Of a DNA stretch of 64,000 bases, positions 1 to 13,420 are shown piece after piece. The notes under the pieces are model-generated. The model was not told where the DNA came from and did no database searches. It worked only from the letters and a program-made list of their open reading frames with translations. Source of the DNA: Malacoraja senta (lineage: Eukaryota); contig CM075988.1 of NCBI GenBank assembly GCA_038087875.1, forward strand, positions 868,001 through 932,000, in the 5' to 3' direction. The translations under genes and the position numbers were made by a program. Each line of letters begins with the position of its first letter. Within the stretch, counting starts at the first letter, position 1.

Positions 1-3000
1 TTATACAGGTATGATATTAAATTAGCTGATTCCGCTTTTATATTCATTATCCCATCTAATAGGTCAGGAGACATATTTTGATATTCTCGTATGTACTTTT
101 TCAAATAGTCACGTATTTGAAAATATTTGAAATATTGATTACTACTCAAGTTGTATTTAAGTTGTAGTTGGTGAAATGTTAAAAAACTTCCATTATCATA
201 CATATCTCCAAACGTTTTAATTCCTACTCTTTCCCAATTTATAAAAGATTTATCTATCATAGAAGGTTTAAACGAGGGGTTATTCATTATAGGTGAGAGA
301 AGCGATAGATTTCTTAATTTTAACGTTAATTTTATTTGTTTCCAAATTCTAATTGTACTATGAATAATTGGATTTTTACTATATATTGTATTCTTCATTT
401 TTGTTGGTGAGAGAAGGATCGCTCCTATGTTAAAAGGGGAACAATCCTCTCTCTCCATTACTATCGAATACACCTGCTGGGCCGAATTGTCCAACAGGTG
501 AATCATATTTTTGACATTTGTGGCCCAGTATTAATATAAAAAATTAGGGAGTGATAATCCGCCAGATTCTTTAGGTTTACACAAATGTTTTCTTTGGATT
601 CTGTGGGATTTATAGTCCCATATAAAGTTTGTAATATCAGCATCCAATTAAAAAAACATTTTTTTTGGTAGCTATATCGGTATTGACTGGAATAGATATA
701 AAATTTGTGGTAAAAAGATCATTTTTATAGCATTTATTCGGCCTATAAGAGACATCGGGAGGGATTTCCAGAATTTAATCAGTATGTTTAGTTTATTGAG
801 TAAGGGCATATAGTTTGCATTAAATAGAGATTTATATTTTCTAGTAATTTCAATTACCAAATATTTAAATTTTTCTGAAGCGATTTTAAAAGGGAATTTT
901 TTCAGGTGTGTCGGTTCTTGAGGTTTAATCGTCATAATTTCACTTTTATTCCAGTTTATTCTATATCCTGAAAAGGATCCAAATTCCTCTATTAAATTTA
1001 ATATATTTGGTATACTAATTTGTGATTTTGTGATATATAGTAGTACATCATCTGCATATAATGATATCTTATTATTTGAGTATTTTGTATTATACCCATG
1101 AATGTTCGGATGTATTCTAATACTTTCCGCTAACGGTTCTATTACAAGAGCAAATAGCAGAGGTGATAATGAACAACCCTGTCTATTTCCCCTTGATAAC
1201 TGAAATTTCGAGGACAAAATATTATTAGTTAATATTCTGGCCGTAGGCCTATCATATAATAATTTTACCCAAGCGATAAAATTCTCTCCCATTTGAAATT
1301 TTTGCAATACTTGAACCAGGTAATCCCATTCAACTTGATCAAATGCTTTTTCTGCGTCCAGTGAAATAATTGCTAAGTCTTGTTCTTCGGTTTTATGTGA
1401 GTGCATTATATTAAACAGATGTCTCAGGTTATTGCATGAGCATCTCTTGGGTATAAACCCTGTTTGATCCGGATTTATTAATTTACTAACATAGTTACTT
1501 AATCTTCTAGCTAATGTTTTCGCTAATATTTTTTGATCTGTATTTAACAGCGCAATAGCTCTATAAGAATCCGGATCTTCTAAATCTTTACCTTTTTTAG
1601 GTATAAGTGTAATCGTTGATTCCGCTAATGTTTCTGGAAGTGTATGTTCTTTAAACGCATATGTATACATTTTGTGTAGTCGTGGTGTAATTATCTCGTA
1701 AAATATTTTATAAAATTCATTACTAAAACCATCTGGTCCTGGTGTTTTTCCATTCTTTAATGTATTTATTGTTTCTTCTATTTCCTCAGTTGAAATTTGT
1801 GCACCTAATTCCTCTTGTTCGCTCGAATTGAGTTTTGGGAGATTACAATTATCCAGGAACAATGACTTTGGTACTATCTGCTAACGCTTTAGATGTATAT
1901 AAGTTTTGATAAAATTGAGCGAATCTTTTATTAATATCCTTAGGTAGTGTTAACAATTCCCCTTTATCTGATTTAATCTTTAAAATCGTGTGATCCTTTT
2001 CCTGTTTTTTCAGTTGTCGAGCCAAAAGTTTGTGTGGTTTATCCCTAAATTCAAAATTTTCCTGTTTTGTAATTTGAAATAATCTAATGACATTTGCTGA
2101 TAATATTTTGTTTAATTTATATTTCATTATTGTTATTTTATTATGTTTATCTATAGTAGGCTCTTTAGTATTATCTAATTCCAATTCTCTAATTTGTTCT
2201 TCTAACTGCCTTTGTTCTTTCTTATTCCTATTATTTAAAAAAGCTTGGTATGAGATTATAGATCCTCTAATAACTGCTTTGAATGATTCCCATAGTAAAA
2301 TTGGTGAGGTCTCTGGGGTATCATTATTCTTTAAAAAAAGTTCCATCTGTTGTTTTAAATATATTTCCCCTTGTGGGTCATTTAGGACTTGAGGATTAAA
2401 CCTCCAAAACGATTTATTAGTAGGCATTCCTTCTAATTTAAAAAAAAAAGTTAACGGGGAGTGATCAGAAATTATACTATTGTGATATTTTGGGTTCAGT
2501 GTATAGGGAATTAGTTTTGTATCCACTAAAAAATAGTCTATACGTGAATAAGTTTTGTGTACCATTGAATAAAACGAATATTCCCTTCCGACAGGGTTAG
2601 CGATCCTCCAGACATCTGTTATATTTGTATTTTTTATGTATTTAAGATTTCCCTGGTTTTAGATTTTATGTTGCCCCTGCAAGTTTGTGTGAAGATTTAT
2701 CCAAGTATGGATCTAAAACGCAGCTAAAATCTCCCCCAATTATCACATTTTGATAATTGAACTCTGTAATTATATTCAGGATTTTATTTAAAAATTGGGG
2801 ATTATCAAAATTAGGCGCATAAATATTTACCAAGGTAATTGGAGTAGCATGAATCTCTCCAGTAACTATAAGGTATCTCCCTTCCTTATCTGTTATGATA
2901 TTCTTCGATTTAAATGGTATACCTTTTCGAATAATAATTGCTGTGCCTCTGGATTTGGAAATATATGAAGATTGGTGTTTGGCCTATCCAGTTTGCCTTC

Positions 3001-3173
3001 AATCTAGCTTGAGCTTGCAGTTTCAAGTGAGTTTCTTGTAGAAATATTATGTCCGAATTGAGTGACTTCAATTGTGCAAAAATCTTACCCCTTTTAATTG
3101 GTTCATTAGCACCCCTAATATTCCAACTGCAGAATGTGATTCCTCCAAATTTCTTTTGTTTATTGTCTTGCAT
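1..3173 (-). mobile_element. L1-clade LINE ORF2 (APE endonuclease + reverse transcriptase), frameshifted; runs off the window start
   Basis: ORF pieces 2910-3173 (SWNIRG..IIFLQETHL), 1849-2565 (YSRIDYF, SDHSPL) and 672-1862 (GKTPGPDG, SLDAEKAFD, RQGCSLSP, LYADDVLL) are L1-type APE/RT motifs. Confidence 0.93.
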
Positions 3174-3520
3174 TTTAAATTATTTAATACCTTTTAAACA
3201 TGTGGTGCAACCAATACCTTAGGTCTCTGGCTGTTGGGGGAGCATTTGCAATATTAAATTCAGTTGTTACATCCCTCTGAAAATTGTCCTTAAGCAAAGA
3301 AACAAAAAGGTGTACATTATTGTGACATTTAAAAACAATCAAAATAGTGAGTGTCTAAAAATGACGACACTGTAACCAATTATCCACCTAATGGTGGTAG
3401 TTACACATTTAATGACTTCCGTAGTTGTTAATCTACATTTAGCTCCGTCCCCTTGAATAATCTTACAAAAAGGAGTTGGGACCCATTCAAAGCCAGATTT
3501 TATGTGTCAGCATTACCATA

Positions 3521-3562
3521 TCTACCATATCTATATCTATCTATCTATCTATCTATCTATCT

Positions 3563-3595
<33 letters not shown>

Positions 3596-3602
3596 TTATC
3601 TA
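3521..3602 (+). repeat. (TCTA)n microsatellite directly abutting a Helitron 5' end
   Basis: About 20 imperfect TCTA units ending at TCTATATACTTTTAAAACTCTC. Confidence 0.9.
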
Positions 3603-6548
3603 TCTATATACTTTTAAAACTCTCGGGCTGCCGTCCGTCTGTACGTCTGTACGTCTGTACGTCTGTACGTCCAACGTTCTGCTTGACTTGTCCCGCCTTT
3701 GATACCGCCCCGCGCCCGCGCGGCGCACGGAAACGCCGATATTTTTTATCGTTTCTAAAGAGGTTACGTTTATCTTTACGAATAGACGATCCTGATTAAA
3801 TTTGGTCGTGTTTAGGTACGCTTTTTAAAATAAAATACCTCTCCCCCCCCCCAAACCAAACATTTCAAAATGTTTAAAAAAACAGCTCAGCCGTAGAATG
3901 TTAGTAAAGATTCCGTTGTGTGATGTCACAATGCACAATGGTCACAGATGTCCAATCGGAAGGGATCCATTTACATATGCCTTTGCGGCGGCCCCAGTCC
4001 CGGCCCCTCCCCCCCAACCCCCGCAGCATTGGGCATTGTGACATCACAAAACGGAACCTTCATTTACATTCTATTGCTGAGAGCTGTTTGTTTAACATTT
4101 TGAAATTTCCCCCATTCCCTATCGCCCCCACACACGTGGCGACGCCCTGCGACACGTGTGACAAATCGAAATGAATCCGTTTACATATGCCTTTGCAGCA
4201 GCCCCAGCCCCAGCCCCTCCCCCCCAACCCCCACAGCCTGTGATTACGTTTATCTTTACGAATAGACAACCCTGATTAAATTTGGTCGTTTTTATGTACA
4301 CTTTTAAAAATAAAATACTTCTCCCCCCCCCCACCCCCAAACATTTCAAAATGATTAAAAAAACAGCTCAGCCATAGCATGTTAGTAAAGATTCCGTTGT
4401 GTGATGTCACAATGCCCGATGCTAACAGATGTCCAATGGGAATGGATTCATTTAGATATGCCTTGGCAGCAGCCCCAGCCCCAGCTCCTACCCCCCCAAC
4501 CCCACAGCCTGTGTCGAAGGGCGTCGTCACGTGTGTGGCAATAGAGAAAGAGGATTGGGGGTGATAGGGAATGGGTAACAGATGGACTGTCCCTACCCCT
4601 CCTACTTAAAACTCTCCCTCCCCACTCTTCCCCCTCTCTCCTCTCCCCCTCCCTCCCCTCCCACACCCTCTCTTCCCCTCCACCACCCCTCTTCACCCCC
4701 ATCTCCCCCCTACCCCTCTCTCTTGCACCACTCCCCGTTACCCTCTGCCCCTCACTCACCACTCTTCCCCTCTCCCTCCCCCACCTCTATCTCTCCCCCC
4801 TCCCTCTCTCCCTCTTTTCCCCTACTCCTCTCCCCTTCCCCTCATCCCCTCTCTCCACCTCTAACATCCCCTCCCCCCCTCCCCCCTTCCTGCCCTCCCC
4901 ACTCTCCTCCCCGTCCCTCTCCCCCCACCCTGCTCTCTTCTCCCTCACCAATCTCTCCCCTTTCCTCCTTCCCCTCTCTCCTCCCTCCCCTCCCTCCCCT
5001 CTTCTCTCCCCACCCCGTCTCCCTCTCCCCCTCCCCCCTCTTCTCTCCCAACCCCGTCGCCACCCTCCACCCTTCCCCACACCTCTCTACCCTTCTCCTC
5101 GCCTTACCCACCCCTCTCTCCTCCCCCTCTCCATCCCCTTCTCCTCACCTCTCCCTCTCATCCCCCTCCTCCTCCCACCCCCATTACTCTCTCCCACATC
5201 CCCCTTCCCTCTCTCACCCCGTCCCCTTCCCCCTACCCCGCTATCCCTCTTCAACCACTCCCCCTACACCTCTCCCCCTCCCTCTCTCCCACTTCCACCA
5301 CTCCCCCTACACCTCTCCATCTCCCTCCCCATTCTTCCACTTAACTCCCAAACCCATCCCCATCTCCCTCCACAACCCCCTCCCCCACCCCTCTCCCCCC
5401 TCCCTTCTCTCTCACTCCCCACTCTTCCACTCTCCCTCCCCACCTCTATCCCTCCCCCCTCCTTCTCTCCCTCTCTTCCCCTACTCCTCTCCCCTTCCCC
5501 TCATCCCCTCTCTCCACCTCTAACATCCCCTCCCCCCCTCTCCCCCCTTCCTGCCCTCCCCGCTCTCCTACCACTCTCCTCCCCCTCCCTCTCCCCCACC
5601 CTGCTCTCTTCTCCCTCACCAATTTCTCCCCTTTCCTCCTCCCCCTCTCCCCTCCCTCCCCCTCTCCTCTTCTCTCCCACCCCGTCTCCCTCTCCCCTCT
5701 TCTCTCCCCACCCCGTCTTCCTCTCCACCCCTCCCCCCGCCTGTGTTTGGGGGGTGGTTAGTGTGAGTGTGATGCCGCAGCCCCCCCCCCCTCCCGCAAA
5801 CACGCGTTGGGAAAACAGCCCGCCAACAGTCTCTCTGTCTTTAAGACAGAACTGCAGATGCTTGAAAATCAAAGGTACACAAAAAAATGCTTCATAACCT
5901 CAGCGGGTGCAGCAGAATCTATGTATCAAAAGAAATAGACAACGTTTCGTGAAAACCCGTCTGAGGATGGGTTTCCGCCAAAAGCATTGCCTATTTCCTT
6001 CACTCCATAGATGCTGCTGCACCCGCAGTGTTTCTTGAGTTTTATTGTGTGTACCAGTCTATCTGTCTCTCCCCTCTCTCTCTCTCTCTCTCTGCCCTTC
6101 TCTCTTCACAGCCCGCGACTCAACTCATGCACGCCTGCTCCAACCCACCCCCTTCACCTCTCTCCCCATCCTCTTCTTCCTCTCTCCACCTCTCTCCTCT
6201 CTCACCCTCCTCTCTCCCCACCTTCCTCATCCCCCTTCCTCTCAACCCTCCTCCTCCCCCTTCTAACATTAAATTTTCTCTCTCTGCACCACCCCCCCCT
6301 CGAGACGTACCTGAGAGGTGAGGGCTATTCGTCAGTGGATAGGGTGGAGATGGAATAAAAGAAGAAAATTAAAATATTAATATAATATCAAGGGGTGTGA
6401 TGAGTGTGTGTGTTTGTGGGTGCCAGATTCACACCCCGCAACCCTGCTTTGGAGGTACAGACCCAACGGGTGGTTAGTGTGACGTCACAGCCCCCCGCCC
6501 CAAACGCACGTTCGGTGTCCAGTCCCAACGGGTCTGCACTTGGTCTAG
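3603..6548 (+). mobile_element. Non-autonomous Helitron (copy 1)
   Basis: 5' TC(TATATAC..AAAACTCTC); 3' hairpin CAGTCCCAACGGGTCTG followed 8 nt later by CTAG then T; no TSD; internal duplicated modules and C-rich low-complexity tract. Confidence 0.8.
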
Positions 6549-8310
6549 TTATTATATAAAACTCTCTGGCTGTCGTCCGTCTGTACGTCTGTACGTCCAA
6601 CGTTCTGCTTGACTTGTCCCGCCTTTGATACCGCCCCGCGCCCGCACGGCGCGCGGAAACGCAGATAATTTTTACCGTTTCTAAAGAGGTTACGTTTATC
6701 TTTACGAATAGACGATCCTGATTAAATTTGTTCGTGTTTATGTACGCTTTTTAAAATAAAATACCTCTCCCCCCCACAAAACAAACATTTCAAAATGTTT
6801 TAAAAAACAGCTCAGCCGTAGAATGTTAGTAAAGATTCCGTTGTGTGATGTCACAATGCACAATGGTCACAGATGTCCAATCGAAATGGATCCATTTACA
6901 TATGCCTTTGCAGCAGCAACAGCACCAGCCCCTCCCCCCCACCCCCGCAGACTGTCGAAGGGCGTCGTAGAGAAAGAGGATTGGGGGTGATAGGGAATGG
7001 GGAACAGATGGACTGTCCCTACCCCTCCTACTTCAACTCTCCCTCCACACTCTTCCCCCTCTCTCCTCTACCCCTCCCTCCCCTCCCACACCCTCTCTTC
7101 CCCCTCCACCACCCCTCTTCACCCCCATCTCCCCCCTACCCCCTTCCCCTCTCTCTTGCACCACTCCCCGCTACCCCTCTGCCCCTCACTCCCCTCTCCC
7201 TCTCCCCTCTTCCCTCCCCACCCCGTCTCCCTCTCCCCTCCTCCACCCGCCTGTGTTTGGGGGGGGGTGGTTAGTGTGAGTGTGATGCCGCAGCCCCCCC
7301 CCAAACGCGCGTTGGGGAAACAGCCCGCAAACAGTCTCTATGTCTTTAAGAAGAAACTGCAGATGCTGCAAAATCAAAGGTAGACAAAAAAAGAAAAATA
7401 ATCTAAACGGGTGAAAACGTTAGATTTTGTTTGTGGGGGCGGGTGCTTAGTGTCTGTCACTTTGCGGAGGCGGGCACGCGCTCTCAATTAAAACAGACGC
7501 TCTCATCTGTTTGTGGGTGCGCGTGCTTAGTGTGTGTGACGACACACGCCCCTCCCCCACTTTGGTGCATGAGTCGTCCACAACTGAGCGGTTATTCGAA
7601 TTATTCATCAACCGTCAAACTGACTTTGCTTGTGAAGAGAAAAGTCCTGAATTGCATTTGTCTGACGATAAGAATCAGCTTTATTTTTAGTGCATTGAAT
7701 TTATTTGTTTCTAATTTACCTGATCATTATTATAAATCTTAAAGAGTGCATTTAATTTAACAAATTAATTATTAAATATTAACATTTGATTGAATTTCAT
7801 GGTTAATTTCTTTATTTTTATTACATCGAATTTTCTCAATTACCTGTAAATTATAAATCTTCAAGTGCATTTCATTTTTTAAATTAACATTTTATTGGAT
7901 TTTATTGTTAAATTCTTTATTTGTTTTCCATTGAATTGAATTATTTCACACTTAACGTTACTACTTTTTAACACTAACTTTTAATTTCAAAACCCCTCCC
8001 TTCCTCGCCCCTTCCTCTCCCCTTCCTCTCCCCCTTCCTCTCCCCATTCCTCGCCCCCCTTCCTCTCCCCCTTCCTCTCCCCCTTCCTCTCCCCCTTCCT
8101 CTCCCCCTTCCTCTCCCCCTTCCTCTCCCCATTCCTCGCCCCCCTTCCTCTCCCCCTTCCTCTCCCCCTTCCTCTCCCCCTTCCTCTCCCCCTTCCTCTC
8201 CCCATTCCTCGCCCCATTCCTCGCCCCCCTTCCTCTCCCCTTCCTCTCCTCCGTTCCTCTCCCCCTTCCTCTCCCCCTTCCTCTCCCCCCTTCTTCTCCC
8301 CCTTCCTCTC
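6549..8310 (+). mobile_element. Non-autonomous Helitron (copy 2, same family as 3603), head-to-tail with copy 1; right end unresolved (gap)
   Basis: 6558-6900 is near-identical to 3616-3980 and starts immediately after the CTAG of copy 1; homology is clear to about 7395 and uncertain beyond. Confidence 0.7.
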
Positions 8311-8510
8311 NNNNNNNNNNNNNNNNNNNNNNNNNNNNNNNNNNNNNNNNNNNNNNNNNNNNNNNNNNNNNNNNNNNNNNNNNNNNNNNNNNNNNNNNNN
8401 NNNNNNNNNNNNNNNNNNNNNNNNNNNNNNNNNNNNNNNNNNNNNNNNNNNNNNNNNNNNNNNNNNNNNNNNNNNNNNNNNNNNNNNNNNNNNNNNNNNN
8501 NNNNNNNNNN
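8311..8510. other. Assembly gap (200 N)
   Basis: N run, preceded by a (CCCCCTTCCTCT)n tandem repeat. Confidence 1.
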
Positions 8511-10000
8511 TCATGAATTGATTAAAATGCAGGATGTAGAGAGAGGTCATCTCTGGATTGCCCCAGTGCCATGTGCTAGTGAGGGCAGAAATAGAAGCAC
8601 AGGCCGGTGGCTGGTTCAGGAGCAGGCTCCGGATCTTGGACCTTGGGCCATCTTCTGGGGCAGGGCTGACTTGCCAAGAGAGATGGGATGCACTGAGCAA
8701 GAAGGGGAATCAATAACCCAGGAGGGAGAGTTACTGGTACAACACGGGAGGGTTTCAATTAGATTGGCAGGGGGGGTCTCAGAGTTGAAAGGAGGCAGAT
8801 GAGAAGTTGGGGGCAAACACTGTTGTGAAAGATATCAGACAGGACAAGCAGGTGCACGGCAAAGATAGGCAAGACTGGTGGTTATAGAACATTACAGAAC
8901 ATGTACAGGCCCTTTCAGCCCACATTGTCTGTGCTGAACATGATGTTATGACCACCTCTTATCCGGCTGCACATAATCCGTTATCCTCCATTCCCTGTAT
9001 ATCATATATGTATCTGAAAGTCTCTTAAATGGCACAATCATAACTGCTTTAATAACCACCAAGAGCAGTGCACACCAGACATTCATCAATGCCTCGCAGA
9101 ATGTTATTTACTGTTGTTGGAGGCTGAGGGCTGTCACTACTGCATGGATTTACAAAGGGGAAACCTTGCTTGACTAATCTTCACCGTGCGGCACCACCGC
9201 AGTGGCTGCCTCGCCAACAGTCTGTCCCTCTCTGTTTTTATTGTTTTAAGTATGTTTTAAAAGTATGTTTTGATGATTCTTGGTCTGTTTTATGGGGGTG
9301 AACGGGGGGAGGGATATTGGGGGAAACTTTTTTCAGGGAATTGGGGGAAACTTTTTTCAGTCACTTACCTCGACGGAGATGCGATTTTTCTCCGTGTCGC
9401 ATCTCCGTCCCCCCTACGGCCTAACAACGTGGAATGGTGCGGCCTTTCCTGAAGACCGGCCCGGAGCTTCAAGCCGTGGGAGGGCTTTGGACATCGGATC
9501 GTCGGCAGTGGCGACTGCGATCACCAGCCCCGATCACCGGTGAACAAAGGAGGAAGATGATTGAACTTTGTTACCTTCTATCACAGTGAGGAATGTGGAT
9601 TCCGCTGTGGTGCATGTTTATCTTAAATTTTATGTGGCTGTGTGTATTGTTGCTTTTCACAGAGTATGGCTGTATGGTAACTCAAATACCACTACCTTAA
9701 TTGGTGCATGTGACAATAAATTCAAACTTGAACTTCTGGACTTTTTTGAGGATGTAACAAGTAGAATGGATAAGGGAGAGCCAGTGGATGTGGTGTATCT
9801 GGACTTTCAAAAAGCTTTTGACAATGTCCCACACAAGAGATTAGTGTGTAAAATTAGATCACATGGTATTGGGGGTAGGGTATTGACATGGATAGAGAAC
9901 TGGTTGGCAGACAGGAAGCAAAGAGTAGGAATTAACGGGTCCTTTTCAGGAATGGCAGGCAGTGACTAGTGGGGTGCCGCAAGGCTCGGTGCTGGGAATG
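8511..10000. mobile_element. Degenerate CR1 fragments (ORF1 esterase end, antisense 3' tail, RT piece) with a nested non-coding element at about 9182-9730
   Basis: VISGLP-like esterase segment at 8547; RT motif FFEDVT..DVVYLDFQKAFD at 9740-9969 continues the GKPCLTN codons at 9160-9181. Confidence 0.75.
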
Positions 10001-10339
10001 TGCACTTTAACGACATGATTTTTTCTATTACAAATCTCAAATTGTGGAGTACAGAGGCAAATAAATAAATGATGGGTCTTTGTCCCAAACATTATGGAGG
10101 GCACTGTCTTTCCCCTTCTTGAAGTTTTCTTTTTTGTTCTTCAAATATTTTGTTAATTTCTTCTCTTGCTTATCCACATACAACTCGTGCATTAATTTCC
10201 TCACGCCTCTCCTTCGAATAGCCTGCACGTTGATTTATTTTCTCGTTTCGCTCATATTCACTCTTCTTATCAGCCTTCTGCCTGGTTAATGGTTTTTGGG
10301 GTTTATCCTTGTTCTTTTCCTTCTCAAATCTCAGCCAGG

Positions 10340-10650
10340 AAGCGAGCAGGTAAGGTCATCGCTGACCCCTCTCACCCTGGAAACCCCTCAAAACTCTTTG
10401 ACACTCTGGAAGGCAACTCCAGACTGTCAAAGCTGCCACGACCAGACATAATTTCCACGAGCAGTTGCTCTACTCAATAACCAAAAGTTTGTAGCCTCCT
10501 TTTGCTCTGGTATTTTATTAATGTTTTAATGTTTATGTTTTATTCTTAATGGTTTACTGTATGTCGTTACTTGCGAGTGGAGCACCAAGGCAAATTCCTT
10601 GAATGTGTACATACTTGGCCAATAAACAAATTCATTCATTCATTCATTCT
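10340..10650 (+). mobile_element. Rex-Babar-like LINE 3' end
   Basis: ADPSHPG-type terminal coding segment, AATAAA and (ATTC)n tail. Confidence 0.55.
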
Positions 10651-10805
10651 TTGTCGGTTTACCCTTCATTGTGGTGTTTCTTCCTTTCCATCCACTTTTC
10701 TGCCTCTTCTCTCTTGTGGATTAATATTTCTCTTCTTCATGTTGTGTTCTGCAGTTGCCATGTTTACTCTATACAGCAGACTGTGGTGCTTTGCCATTTT
10801 TTGAC

Positions 10806-11785
10806 ATAGATAGATAGATGGATAGATATGCCTTTATTGTCGTTCAGACCGAAGTCTGGACGAAATTGCAGCAGTCATACATATAATACAATAAAAAGAA
10901 CAATAAACACATATTAACATCCACCACAGTGAGTCCACCCAGCATCTCCTCACTGTGATGGACGCAAAAGTCTTAGGTCTGCAGTCTCTTCCCTCCTCTT
11001 CTCCCTCTGCGCTGAGGCGATACCCCCCGGGCGATGTTATAAATCAGTCCCGCGGCTCAAACACCGCGGCCCGGGGTGGTCGAAGCTGCCGCCCACCAGT
11101 CCTGCAGACGCAGCCGCTGGCCCGCGGTCGAACCCCGGACTCAGGCCACCACCGCAGAACACTGTCCCAGCCACCCTCACGCGAGTACCGTGCCGTCTTC
11201 AGCCTCGGGCTGGGCCGCCCCAACATGGGCGCCGAACCTCCCCCGGGTCGGGCCGCTCCGACATGGGCGTCGCTTCTTCCCCGGGCCGGGCTGCCCCGAC
11301 TTGGGCGTCGCTTCTCCCTCTGGCCGAGCTGCCCCGACATGGGCGCCGAACCTCCCTCGGGCTGCGAGCGCCGCACCTCCCCAAGCTCGGCCGCTCCAAC
11401 GGGAGCCTCGTTCCACCCTTGGGCTGGCCGCCCTCACGAGAGCGCCACAACCTCTCATGGGAGCACTGTTCCAGCCCTGAGCCAGACCACCCTCACGGGA
11501 GCGAGCTCAGGGCGAGTCCTGACGGGCTCTGCCTCCGGAGCCTCGAGGTCATCAGCTCCATTAGGCCTCAGCGCAGACGGAGGCAGAGAAGGGGAATACG
11601 ACAAAAAAGTCGCATTCCCCCACAGGGAGAGACTGCAAACCCCGTTTCAACCCCCCACCCCCCCAAAACACAAACTAAGAACCAAAAACTAGACTAACCA
11701 AAACAAAATAAACAACACAAAAAACACAAACAAACGGGACTGCCGGATGAGCCGCTGCAGCCAGGGCCGCGCCGCCACTCCGGAT
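10806..11785 (-). mobile_element. Non-coding GC-rich retroposed element with a simple-repeat tail
   Basis: Shares a 3' module (CCATCACAGTGA..TCACTGTGRTGG hairpin; GACAATAAA-like end) with 9182-9730, 23545-23770 and 39500-40060. Confidence 0.55.
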
Positions 11786-11789
11786 CGTC

Positions 11790-13420
11790 ATTGAGTCATG
11801 GAGTGATACAGTGACAAATGTCCCACCTCCCTGCATTTAGTCCATATCCCTCCAAACCTGTCCTATCCATGCACCTGTCTAACTGTTTCTTAAACGATGG
11901 GATAGTCCCAGCCTCAACTACCTCCTCTGGCAGCTTGTTCCATACACCCACCACCCCTCAGATTCCTATTAAATCTTTTCACCTTCACCTATGCTCTCTG
12001 GTCCTTGATTCCCCTACTCCAGGCAAAAGACTCCGTGCATCTACCCGATCTACTCCTCTCATGATTTTGTATACCTCTATAAGATCACCCCTCATCCTCC
12101 TGTGCTCCATGGAATAGAGACCCAGCCTACTCAACCTCTCCCTAGAGCTCACATCCTCTAGTCCTGGCTACATCCTCGTAAATCTTTTCTGAAGTCTTTC
12201 AAGCTTGACAATATCTTTCCTATAACATGGTGCCCAGAACTGAACATCATACTCTAAATGTGGTCTCACCAACGTCTTATACAACTGCAACATGACCTCC
12301 CAACTTCTATACTCAATACTCTGACTGATGACAGCCAAAGTGCCAAAAGTCTTTTGAGCACCTTATCTACCTGCGACTCGACCTTCAAGGAACCATGCAC
12401 CTGTACTCCTAGATCCCTCTGCTCTACAACACTACCCAGAGGCTTACCATTTACTGTGTAGGTCCTGCCCTTGTTCGACTTCCCAAAATGCAACACATCA
12501 CACTTTTCTGTATTAAATTTCATCAACCATTCTTCCGCCCACCTGACCAATCGATCCAGATCCTGCTGCAATCGTTCACAACCATCTTCACTATCTCCAA
12601 ACCACTAACTTTTGTATCATCAGCAAACTTGCTAATCTTGCCCTGTATGTTCTCATGCAAATCATTGATGTAGATGACAAACAGTAATGGGCCCAGCACC
12701 GAACCCTGAGGCACACCACCAGTCACAGGCATTGTCTGAGATGCAAACTTTCACCATTACCCTCTGCTTCCTTCCACGGAGCCAATTTGCTATCCATTCA
12801 GCTATCTCTCCTTTGACCCCATGCGATGTATCTTTCCAGAGCTCTGCCCGCATCGATCTTTTTGGTCACGTCTACAAAAAAATCAATCAGATTTGTGAGA
12901 CACGACTTCCCACGTACAAAACTCTGACTATCCCATATCAGCCCTTACCCATCCAAATGCCTGTATAACCTATCCCTCAGAATACTCTCCAGTAACTCAC
13001 CAACTACAAATGTTAAGCTCACCAGCCTATAGTTCACCAGCATTTTCCCTGCAGCCCTTCTTGAAAAGAGGTACATTTGCCACCCTCCAGTCTTCCAGCA
13101 CCTCTCCTGTATTTAAGGACGACTCTAAATATCAACTAGGGCTCCCACAATTTCCTCTCTGGTTTCCCACAATGTCCTCGGATACATCAGATCAGGCCCT
13201 GGAGATTTGTACACCTTCAAACACGACAGTACCTTCATTACTTCTTCAACAGTAACCCTGACTGCTCTCAAGACACTTCCATTGAATGCCCCAAGTTCCT
13301 CCATCCTACAAAGGAGAAATACTCATTTAGGACCTTGCCCATCCCGTGGCTTCACACAGAGGTGACCGCTTTGATTCCTGAGAGACCCCACTCTCTATCT
13401 CGTTATCCTTTTCCCCCTTA
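11790..13420 (-). mobile_element. CR1 LINE, 3' part of ORF2, degenerate
   Basis: [28 protein letters not shown] and QRDLGVQVH motifs. Confidence 0.9.

Noticed and set aside
4582..5523. 313-aa Pro/Ser/Leu-rich ORF and similar ORFs at 14.6-18.6 kb and 53.5-54.1 kb
   Set aside because: By-products of C-rich low-complexity tracts that lack stop codons; no domain features.
10955..11692. 245-aa GC-rich ORF
   Set aside because: Lies antisense within a repetitive non-coding element with internal tandem duplications; no protein motif.
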